Part shown: one piece after another, positions 12,418-22,300 of the stretch
How positions within the stretch are numbered: the stretch's first letter is position 1
Layout: each line of letters begins with the position of its first letter
Assembly: GCF_041146345.1 (NCBI RefSeq)
Contig: NW_027191404.1
Span: 558,001-622,000 of the forward strand
Source of the DNA: Neodothiora populina
Lineage: Eukaryota
Direction: 5' to 3'
DNA: 64,000 bases
Notes under the pieces: model-generated
Databases searched by the model: none
What the model was told of the DNA's origin: nothing
Seen by the model: only the letters and a program-made list of their open reading frames with translations
Made by a program: the position numbers and the translations under genes

Positions 12418-12431
12418 ATGTGACGTCACAT
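12418..12431. promoter_or_regulatory. ATF/CRE palindrome ATGTGACGTCACAT
   Basis: Perfect 14-bp palindrome with TGACGTCA core, overlapping a CCAAT, in a divergent promoter. Confidence 0.5.
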
Positions 12432-12773
12432 ATCACGTTGAAGTCATTGTGGTTTGAACCACGCGTTATACAGGGTTTGTAACTGTACTCGGCCTAACAG
12501 TGTGCAGCAACAGGGCATTTGTTAAAGGAATCTTGGCTTCTCCACATGACGATCGACCACGAGTCAACAGTTAGGATCACTTTTTAGTGGTGCCTATTCT
12601 TATCCGAGATATCGAAGATCGCAACATTAATGGTCGATCATATCTTTTGTTGTGATGATCTCCCTTTTGACATTGTCATTTCCCGACTGTGACATATGTA
12701 CCATCCCACTGCGTATCGTAAGACAGGCTGAGACCAGAATGCATTTGCTTTTGCTCGAGAGCTCTTCGTAACA

Positions 12774-14588
12774 ATGTCTGCCGCCGTAAGTGTTCCTGCG
12801 GCTACACAAGCGGGGCCGAGTAAAGCTACGAGAGATCTTGATGAGATTCCACCGCCTCCCTCGCGGGCGACTACTGCTACAGGCCGGACCATATCACTAG
12901 TTGACCACACCGCATCGGTGTCAGCAGACGGTGTGCACGAAGTCGAAGAAGAAGCTGACGACACGCTCTCTCCAGCTAATTCTCTGAATCGACGATGGAC
13001 GAAACAATCACTACATCAATCGCTGGCTCACAGAAAATATGCAAAATACCAGGAAGACAAACTGTTCATTCCCCAAAGCCGGACGAGCGAAACGGGGACT
13101 TACGCATCATCAACAGGCGACCAAAGCTATGTCAAGTGGGGGAAGAAGAAGGTCAAGGGGCTGCTGAAGACGAAACGGCAGTTTCAGATTGCGCGAAAGG
13201 AAGAAGCAGTCATAGACATTCTCTGGGAGAATCAACGAGGCTGGTGGGCCTTTGGTGTCCCACACTTCTCGTCTAAATCATTACTGAACTTTGACCCAAA
13301 GGCCTGGCTGAATGAACACAGGAAGCCGAGTCCTGTGAATATCACTAACGCCCAAGTCCCAGACCCAAACTGGGAGTGGGCTTGGGAGTCTTGGTATGTC
13401 GACATGTCGCGAGACGTGGACGAAGAAGGCTGGGAATACTCGTTCTCCTTCAACAGAGGCTTCTCCTGGCATGGCAATCATCCATGGGGTCACTCGTGGG
13501 TGCGACGGCGAAGATGGCTGAGGAAGCGCGTCAGAAAGCAGCATCGTGGCGACCCAGGTCGTGGACGCTTGGGTGATGCACACAACATGAACACGGATTA
13601 CTTCACCATCCATCCTTCCAATAACCTCAGTCGGACAAATAGTCTTGTACCGTCAACGTTGCTCAAGAAGGCGCAGTCACGTATGGAAGAGGAATACAAC
13701 GAAGAGCCCACAGAGATCAAGGACATCGGAACCCTCATGGCACACCTTCGAAGAGCTGCGCTGGATCGCGAGAAGATAGTTCTCGTGCGCTATTTTATTG
13801 AGAATGCAGGAGAAGACGTCTATTATCTCGAAGAGCAGGTATGTATGTCAAGACGCTGTTACTGCGGACAAAGTTTTGCTGACAGCCACTACCAGATGCC
13901 CAAGATCATGGCATTGTGCGTTTTTCAGGACTCAAGGCGGCAGCTTTTGAGTATGCTCATGGAGAAATGCGACAAAGCATCACGTCATCGGGAGGATCAT
14001 GCTGAACGGGGTGAGGTAGAAGGACCACTGGAGAAGCGGAGGATCGACAACCTCATGCGCGCCATCGCTGCAGCTGGTGATCAAGTCAAGAAGCTTGAGT
14101 ACTGGAGTGATCAGAGAGAGCTAGTACATGAGGGCAAAGCAGGCAAAGCGCCTGACGGTGGAGAGGGTTGGGGCAGTGAGTGGCACGGCCTGGATCAATC
14201 TGGACCTGGAGGCAATGCGAGGAGCACAGCGAAGGAGAAGGGAAAATCCCGACAAGCAGTAGTCGACGAGGACTCGCGCGAACAGATCTCGCCACCAGAC
14301 TCGGATTCGGACTCAGACAGCGAACCTGGAGGGTTTTCTGAGAAAAGCAAGGGAGGTGAACATCCTCATGGACAACATGGTGAAGAAGCTAGCTCATCAG
14401 CAGAGCGTGGCACGGAGAGAAATAAGTCAGACTCGTCGAAGCCAACCCAATCTGGCTCGAAGGAAGAGTCCAGTTCCGACCCGACGTACGTTACGGCAGA
14501 GGAAACAACGGAAGACGATGGGGAAGGATCGGACCCAGAAACAAAGTTGAGCAAACAAAAGACTGGATCGTCACATGAGAAGTGGTGA
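12774..14588 (+). CDS. Dysferlin-domain protein, Spo73/Mug65-like; intron 13839..13895
   Basis: ILWENQRGWW, PDPNWEWAWESWYVDMSRDVDEEGWEYS, SWVRRRRWLRKR; a 57-nt GTATGT..GCTGAC..CAG intron. Confidence 0.85.
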   Translation: MSAAVSVPAATQAGPSKATRDLDEIPPPPSRATTATGRTISLVDHTASVSADGVHEVEEEADDTLSPANSLNRRWTKQSLHQSLAHRKYAKYQEDKLFIPQSRTSETGTYASSTGDQSYVKWGKKKVKGLLKTKRQFQIARKEEAVIDILWENQRGWWAFGVPHFSSKSLLNFDPKAWLNEHRKPSPVNITNAQVPDPNWEWAWESWYVDMSRDVDEEGWEYSFSFNRGFSWHGNHPWGHSWVRRRRWLRKRVRKQHRGDPGRGRLGDAHNMNTDYFTIHPSNNLSRTNSLVPSTLLKKAQSRMEEEYNEEPTEIKDIGTLMAHLRRAALDREKIVLVRYFIENAGEDVYYLEEQVCMSRRCYCGQSFADSHYQMPKIMALCVFQDSRRQLLSMLMEKCDKASRHREDHAERGEVEGPLEKRRIDNLMRAIAAAGDQVKKLEYWSDQRELVHEGKAGKAPDGGEGWGSEWHGLDQSGPGGNARSTAKEKGKSRQAVVDEDSREQISPPDSDSDSDSEPGGFSEKSKGGEHPHGQHGEEASSSAERGTERNKSDSSKPTQSGSKEESSSDPTYVTAEETTEDDGEGSDPETKLSKQKTGSSHEKW

Positions 14589-14926
14589 TGAAGATTCAAG
14601 GATGATCAGACGGGCCAAGGACTGGGCCAAGGGCAAAGGAAGGGGCGTCCATTAGTCGTGGTAGTCGTAATCTGCAGCGTAGCGCCAGCGATTCCTTTTG
14701 TAAATTACTATAGTATTGATCAGATTATTATTCCGGTCACTGGCCTGCAATGGTGCCGAGTTACTGTACCACACATATACAGTCCTATTTCACAGAAGCC
14801 GACACTCAAAGTAGTTTAGCGCGATTTGCGGTGAAGTGCTTCACCTCCGCATCCTTTGTCTTTACTGTAATATTTTGGCGACAAGACGACGGTATCCAGA
14901 CTTCGTGTCGAGCATGCAACGAGCGA

Positions 14927-17476
14927 ATGCCACCACGCCATCGTCTTTACGGACGACTCGATAGTCTGATCAGTCGCGTAGCGGCACAGCAGCCGTGTCA
15001 TCATGATCCGCCATTGCTTTTCCTGTATCCGCGATGGTTCACGGGTAGCACCACCACCTCCACCACTCAGCATCAGCCAACTGCCACAGAGTCCTCAACT
15101 AGGGACAGTGATGTCCAGACCATAGATCATCCAGTTGATGAGGCCACTCCGCTACAGGGATCATCTAAGAGTCCTCGACGGACGGCTGGAAACAGCAGGG
15201 GACGAACAGCGTCAGATCCCGATAGTCGCCCTTCTACTAAATTGGTTAAAAGACTTGTCGTCAGGAAGAACCTGGCGAGACACAAGGAAGAAAAGCGTAA
15301 CGTAATCATCAATGCCAAATATCCCAAGTTCGAGGACTGGCGTGATGCATTCACAGAATTGCAAAAGCGCACACCGCGCGGGGAGCAGCAACACATCAGT
15401 CAGCTGCAACGCCTGAACATGCCAGATGGGACCACGGGCTACTATTCTGGAAGCCTCGGCACTCTCTTCCTCGAAGTCTACCTTATGACTGATTGTCAAG
15501 TCCAAATTACCATTGATGATATGGCCGATGCCGACTGGGAGCGACATGGCGAGTCTCGTCATTTCAAATCCTTGTATCTGGTCGGCACACCTGCAGCGAT
15601 CAAGGCGGCCAAGCAGTACCTGAATAACAACATCAAAATCAGAACGATGAAAGATGGCGACAGCGACGGGAGAAATATGGGTCGATATCGTCTCACCAGC
15701 ATTCCTCAGTCCCAAGATTCACCTCTGCGGAGCGTCTTCGCCAATGGGTACTCGCGTAGGCAAACACAAAAGCTCGTCCACGAGATTGCTCTACCTCAAG
15801 CTTGGACTACCATAACCGTGGCCAACTATGTGTCTGATCTCGTCAAGTCCAAGCCGCCGCGGGTTCGTCGGGTTTCTTCATACTCGCCCGTCGATACCAC
15901 GACCATGTCAAAACACATAGATGTCATTACCAAATGCCTTGTAAGGCTCTTGACTGACCCTTCCATCCACCCGTACATCTCGAGTCGAGCCACAAACGAT
16001 GCACTGGACTTTTTGACCGGTCATCGAAAGCTACCCGAGGTCCGACAGATAATGGAGGCCCTGGACACGAGTCGTGTGAGACGTAGCCACCCGAATGGCC
16101 GAATCCTCACCATTCGCAACTTCAACACCTGTCTCCGTTCCGCTGCCTTTGCCGGAGATGTGCACAATTTCACCTTCCTGCTCAAGGCCATGCGCTCTCG
16201 TTCGAACATCCCCGATTGGGAGACCTGGACTGCATTCCTGAATCTCGTGCACCTTCGGGATCCGAAAGCGGCCAGATTAGCAGTCTTGCCAGTCATGCGC
16301 GAGATGGGCATGCTCGCGAATACTCAGGCGAGGATGGCAGTGGGGGACGCACTTGTAGGATCTACTTTTGCCGACTGGGTTGATCGTGGTGGCAGTACAT
16401 CTGCTTTCTTCGAACACTACGACAAAATGATGCAGGGCAAAGATTGGCTTGACAAATCGGGGGCCAATGCTATGCTAGCGGTACGTTGCAAACGGGGCCA
16501 ATTCACAGACGCACTGTATATCCTCTCAGTCCTCCGTGAAAGGGGCAGGCATCCAAATGAAGTGACTCTCAATACCCTGGCCGAAGAAGCCGCTGCCCAG
16601 AACAATACGACCGCGCTGCTCGCCTCCATGGACGCCATCAATGGACCGACTGCTCCTGCAAAGGCCGGAGGAGTTGCGATCGAAGAGCGACTTTACACAC
16701 GCCTCTTTCTCATGGCTGGCCGCACTCGCGCCTACAATCTCATGCGTGTAGTATGGCGCTATGCTTGTATGTCAGGCAATGTGTCTAACAGCATGCAAAA
16801 GGGGTTCGAGGAAGCAGCTCTGTGGTACGCACCACGGTCGAGGACGACAAGCAAAGCCAAAGGCATTCTTCGAAGCAAGTCGGTACAGCAAGGACAAAAC
16901 GATGTTGAATCATCGCTCCATGACAGCAGGCTCAACAGATCCAAAGCATTCATGACCAAAGCCGCGCTGGGAGTTGCAGACGATGTCCAACACATTTCCA
17001 CATCAGCGCCAGAAACTAGCCTCGATGCACTCGAATCCGATAGCGCCGATAGCGAAGAAATCGGAGCAACGAAAGATAGACTGGTGGATCTAGCCAAACA
17101 GCCAGGAACGACCCCCGAGCCAGACGTGACGTCCGAGACGCAAGCCCATAACGAATGGGCCCAAAACGAACGTGAAAGTTTTCTGCTTGGACTGATCCAG
17201 AAGGACATGGCTGCTTACGGCGAGTACCAGCCAGTCAACTCGTTTCTCGAGTCCCTGGAGTCTGCGATCGAGAAGGACAAAGAATGGACGGCCGCCGGGG
17301 TCGACTTTTGGCGAGATCCAGACTTTGCCTGGATCCTGCAGAACGCCGTCAAAGTGCCTGTTGTCGCAACGCGCAATTCGTCTCACAAGGAGGAAGAAAA
17401 GAGCACAGTAGAGACACACTCTGATTCGCAAGTCGAGAGCAGAGATAAGGCGGTGTTTGACGTAGACTCGACATGA
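14927..17476 (+). CDS. Pentatricopeptide-repeat-like protein, probably mitochondrial
   Basis: PPR-like units: TIRNFNTCLRSAAFAGDVHNFTFLLKAM, PDWETWTAFL, PNEVTLNTLAEEAA. Basic N-terminus with LLFLYPRWF. An in-frame ATG at 14750 is an alternative start. Confidence 0.75.
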   Translation: MPPRHRLYGRLDSLISRVAAQQPCHHDPPLLFLYPRWFTGSTTTSTTQHQPTATESSTRDSDVQTIDHPVDEATPLQGSSKSPRRTAGNSRGRTASDPDSRPSTKLVKRLVVRKNLARHKEEKRNVIINAKYPKFEDWRDAFTELQKRTPRGEQQHISQLQRLNMPDGTTGYYSGSLGTLFLEVYLMTDCQVQITIDDMADADWERHGESRHFKSLYLVGTPAAIKAAKQYLNNNIKIRTMKDGDSDGRNMGRYRLTSIPQSQDSPLRSVFANGYSRRQTQKLVHEIALPQAWTTITVANYVSDLVKSKPPRVRRVSSYSPVDTTTMSKHIDVITKCLVRLLTDPSIHPYISSRATNDALDFLTGHRKLPEVRQIMEALDTSRVRRSHPNGRILTIRNFNTCLRSAAFAGDVHNFTFLLKAMRSRSNIPDWETWTAFLNLVHLRDPKAARLAVLPVMREMGMLANTQARMAVGDALVGSTFADWVDRGGSTSAFFEHYDKMMQGKDWLDKSGANAMLAVRCKRGQFTDALYILSVLRERGRHPNEVTLNTLAEEAAAQNNTTALLASMDAINGPTAPAKAGGVAIEERLYTRLFLMAGRTRAYNLMRVVWRYACMSGNVSNSMQKGFEEAALWYAPRSRTTSKAKGILRSKSVQQGQNDVESSLHDSRLNRSKAFMTKAALGVADDVQHISTSAPETSLDALESDSADSEEIGATKDRLVDLAKQPGTTPEPDVTSETQAHNEWAQNERESFLLGLIQKDMAAYGEYQPVNSFLESLESAIEKDKEWTAAGVDFWRDPDFAWILQNAVKVPVVATRNSSHKEEEKSTVETHSDSQVESRDKAVFDVDST

Positions 17477-18030
17477 ATGACAAGATAGTGTTTGAGTCAA
17501 ATGTATAAGTGGTCGCTTCACTGTACAAACAGATAATTGTAAATATATGTATATACACATTCCGTCCCCCTCTCCGATCGCAGGAGATCAGAAGACCATC
17601 ACTTCTTTACGCGACTCTTGTCTCCAATTCACCATCTATGCATCGAATGAACCATACCTGTAGAATGATAATTGATAGAAAGCCAGAGCCAAGCCTTTCC
17701 GCTCCGCTGTGCTGCACTTGACTGCTTCCCCTCCGCTCCGCTTTATCTCCGTGTTTACGCTCGACGTCAATTGTCGTTCAGACAAGATATATCATACTGC
17801 ACCAAAGATAGCACTTTACTCACACGTACTAAGACACGTACACGAGCAGGCGTTTCCACAACCAGCAACTTAACGAACACGACTGAACTTAAATATCCCG
17901 CCTCCGAAAGCCAGCTCCATCCCCTCACCCAGCCCCCACCTTCCCAGCTCTATACTCGAACCAACCAGCCCGCGACCAACGCACCAAAACCCACCAAAAG
18001 ACATAAGCGCAGAGAAAGACTTCCAGAACA

Positions 18031-18786
18031 ATGGACCCCGACACGTCCCCTCCAGCAGCTCCAAACCCAGGCATCCTCCGCTACGTGCTCGGATTCCTCC
18101 TCGTCGGCGCAGCATGGGGCCTGACAACGCCCTTCATGCGCAAAGCCGCACTCTCCTCCTCGCCCTCGGCCGCTACGCTCGAGTCGCGGCGGTGGTTGAC
18201 CGACGACTCTCCTGCTCGTGATAACGCAACAGGGGCAGGAAATACTGGGGCAGGGAATACGGGCGGCGGAGCACGGCTGTGGATCAAGAGGAAGGTGTGG
18301 ACGGTGTTGTATGCTGTCGGAGACGTGCTGCGTAGACCGGCGTATGCGGTTCCGTTGGTTGTCAATCTCACGGGGAGTATTTGGTTTTTCCTGCTGATTG
18401 GGCAGGCGGGTATGTTTTTTTTCCTCTTTCTCGCAGGGTCTGGCGCCCCTTGTTTTGTTGCTGTTGCTGTTGCTGTTGTTGGTGGATATGTGTCGGAGTG
18501 GGAAAGCAGGGATAAATGACTGACGAGTACGAAAAACAGAACTCAGCCTCACGGTGCCAATCACGAATTCTCTCGCGTTCCTCTTTACTGTTCTGGGAGA
18601 GTGGTGGGCGGATGGAAAGGTTATATCTAGAGGTATGTTCTGTCGTCTCCTGTTTCCTTACCTTCGGCCGCAGCCGAGAACTAGGAAGTGGATTGTTATG
18701 CTAATTGTGCTGCAATAGATACTTGGCTGGGCATCGCGTTCGTACTGGGTGGTATCACGCTGTGTGTTCATGCTAAGAATACTTGA
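18031..18786 (+). CDS. TMEM234-like small membrane protein; exons 18031..18409, 18540..18632, 18719..18786
   Basis: FLLVGAAWGLTTPFMRKAA, YAVPLVVNLTGSIWFFLLIGQAELSLTVPITNSLAFLFTVLGEW, DTWLGIAFVLGGITLCV after splicing two GTATGT introns. Confidence 0.85.
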
Positions 18787-19334
18787 AATTCAAAGCCTCT
18801 GTTCTTTCTGTTGTTGAAGGTTCTTTACATGTAGCGTGGAGATTGATCACGACTTGAATGTGACTCTTTTTCTGTATCCGACCGTAGGCATAAAGGTGCT
18901 TGCGTGCGCAATGATGATCCCATAACTAATCTCCGAAAATAAAAGCATGCCTGCTTGTTCACTTCTAGTAGAGACTAAGGCTGCTAAACCGGACGGAAAG
19001 TCCACGAATATAGCTCTCGTATCATATCAAGAAGAGAATAGAGTCAAGCACAAGACCACGAATCAAGAACAGAGAGGAATTCAAAATTGCCATTCTGCGT
19101 CAAGGGGTATCTCTGCGCAAATAATAAAAGAAACAGAAAACAAAATTCGTAAAAAATGCCAGAGTCTTCTCGTAATCACTAAAGTCGTCCTCACTCCTTG
19201 CGCCTAAGCCTGATGAAGAAGAGGTGGACTACAGACAGCACTTATCTTCCGAGTCCACCTAATGCCCATCGCTGCATATACCTAGGATCAGAGCCGTTGC
19301 TTGCACCAGTCTGTAAAAATTGATCACCCGCTGG

Positions 19335-22300
19335 TTATGTGGAGGGTGGAATGGTATGTACTTTGCGAACTTCCGGCGCTGCACGAGGTTGTGTCAAAGG
19401 TACGGGAGGCTGGTGATGCTGATGGCCGTACTGCTGCTGAGCATGGTCATACTGCCAAGGCAGTCCACCAGCGATATTATTGCGAGCCGCAGCAACTCTC
19501 TCGGCGGCCTTTTCGGCCTCCTTTTCCTTCTTTTGTACAAGAGCCCCTTTTAGACCCGTGAGGTATTTCATGGTCTCTTTCTTCAGGTGGCCTGGTTCCG
19601 TGGATGCGCGGACAGCGGCAATCATTTCTCGCACTTGACTCTCTGAATTGATATGTGGACAAACTCGTGCGGAGCCGTAATGCGCGATGCCGAAGAGGTT
19701 GCAGCGCTCTGTTCCTGCTATCTTGAGCGGACAGCTGCCGAGATGGTGCACCTTTAGACAGGCTACGCATTGCACCATTCGTGGAAGAGGGGCAGACTGG
19801 CTGTGACCGGGCAGTTGACCGCTCGCAGTTGTGGTAGTCAAATGATGCCTTGGAGTTGTCGAGCAGTCATTGAGTACTGGGTAACGGGGTATCTCTGCGC
19901 GTCGGAACACAGGTTCTGTAAGCTTTGATGGCTTCGCCTTGGGCTCGGCTTCCGCTTGCAAATTTTCGGGGACCACATCTTCAGCGTGATCGTCGGCAGC
20001 GCTCTCGACACCGCTTTCGGCTTGGAAATCAGTATCACCGTCGTCACTCCTCTTGCGCGGTTTCTTTGCAGGGACAATCGCTGTCGCGTTGACCGCTTCT
20101 GGTCCTTCTGCACCTTCTGCACCTTCGGCCTCTTCGCCACGCTCTTGGTCTGCCGCATAATCAACCGCCTACATTGTGTTAGTAGAGTCATGATCATAGG
20201 AATATTTGTACTTACCGCTTTGGCGCGACGTCCTCTCCCAAGGAACTATTGGGCTGCCGCAGCTTCTGCTGCTGCAACGCGCTCTCTCTCCTTCAAAATC
20301 CTGTCCCAGACACCAGGATCAGGTGCTGTTTCCTCCGCTTCGGGGGCTTCGTTCAGGGACTCCTCGAGGTCATTGTGTGCCCAGACCCTCGCACGTGAGA
20401 ATGTGCTCTCTGCCGACTTGTCTTCTCCTGCTTTGGTGTGTTCGACCTGACTCGCGTCGAGCAGCTTGTCAATAGCTGCATCGTCGTATTTGATGTCCTG
20501 GTCGCCATCATCTTCAAACAGCTCTGCCGCTCCGTGACGAAGGATTCCCTCGAGATCCTTCTCAGTAGCGTCTTCAGCGTCCATTTGTTCAATAAGAACG
20601 TGATCTAGAGCCATTTTCCTCCTTCCATATTGCATGATCTTCTCTTCCGCACTGGCTCTCGTGACCAGCTGCAGACAGAGCACTTTCTTCTTCTGACCAA
20701 TACGATGCGCTCTACTAAGAGCCTGAATATCTTGATGAGGATTGAAATCGGGATCAAGGACGATGACTGTATCTGCAGTCGCCAGGTTGATGCCGACACC
20801 GCCTGCCCGAGTAGAGAGCAGAAAGGCGAAAAGCTGCGAGTCTGGAGCATTGAACTCGTCGATACGTCTTTGCTTGACCAAACTGCTCAAGGTCCCGTCT
20901 AGTCTTTGGTACTGCATCTCCATACCGTCTAAAAAGTCTTCTACCATGTCGAGCATGCCCAGAAATTGACTGAAAATCAGCACGCGATGACCGCGTTCGC
21001 GCAGTTTTGGTAGCAACCATTCAAGCATTTGGAGCTTGCCGCTTGCTTCAACCAGGTTGCGATGGCTGACGGAATGAGACACATTCCTCTCTTCGATTCC
21101 CTGATTGTAGACAAACGGATGACAGAGGCATTTGCGCAACTGCATCAAAATATTGTTCAAACTTGCTCGTTGAGAGCCTGAGAGCTCCTGGGCGCCACCG
21201 AAGATTGCGCGCAACAAATTAGAGTTCTTGGCCAAAATAGATTTGTATAGCTTCTTCTGCAGAGTCGACAACGAGATTGGCACAATGATCTGAGCCATAG
21301 GTGGCAGGAAGGTTAACACTTGAGCTTTGGTGCGACGAAGGAAGAAGGGTCTGATCATGTCGTGTAAACGAGCAATCTTTGCAGCATCCAGATCCATGTA
21401 CTCTTCGTCCAATTCAGCTGCATTGAAGTCATCGTCTAAGAATTGCAAGAGGTTGAAAAGCTCCCTCGCATTGTTCTGTAATGGCGTTCCGGTCAGCAGT
21501 ACCTTGAACGGCGCCTTGAGCGCGGCCAATGACGAGTACAGAATCGTCTTGTCGCTCTTCAGACGCTGACCTTCGTCGACGATTAGAGCTTGCCAGGGAA
21601 CACACCTGAAGAATCTTCTCGCACTGTCATCCGAGGCACATCCGTACGATGTCACCACGATGTGACATCTTAGTTCCTTGCTGTGGCGAGCGAACAACTC
21701 ATAGCGCATGGTCATGTCTCGGGATTCCTTGCTGCCAAAATAAGCCACAACTCGAAGTGAAGGCGCCCACTTCTTGACCTCTCGGCGCCAGTTGGCGCAG
21801 GTGGAGTTCGGAACAACAACCAGAAAGGGAAAACAGTTCAAGTCTTTGACCATGGTAGCAAGAAATCCAACGACCTGGATAGTCTTGCCCAAGCCCATCT
21901 CATCTGCTAGAATGGCATTCTTTTGCTGGTGCCACTTGAAGTAGAGCCAGTTGAGACCTTCTAATTGGTACTTCATAAGCTCGCCGCCGGTGATGTTCTC
22001 CGGCTGCTTCTTCTTTTCCAATTTGGTAAATTCTGTCGCACGCGCCTTCTCCAGTCGAGACTTCATTGGCTGAAGTTTTGGCTGCTTGACATACTTGCCA
22101 AGCACCCAGTCGTTGTAAGCAGTCACAAAGTCCGTCCAGCGTTCTTCATCATCAGGTGCGGGAGGCCTTTCCCAGACAGCATCCTCATGGCCCAGGCCTT
22201 TGAATTTGATCAATGCTTGGTCAACTTCCCGGATGCGGGCTTTGTCGATTTCCTCTCCAGGCACATCTACGATGCTCGTGTACTTGACGTCGAGCACTAT

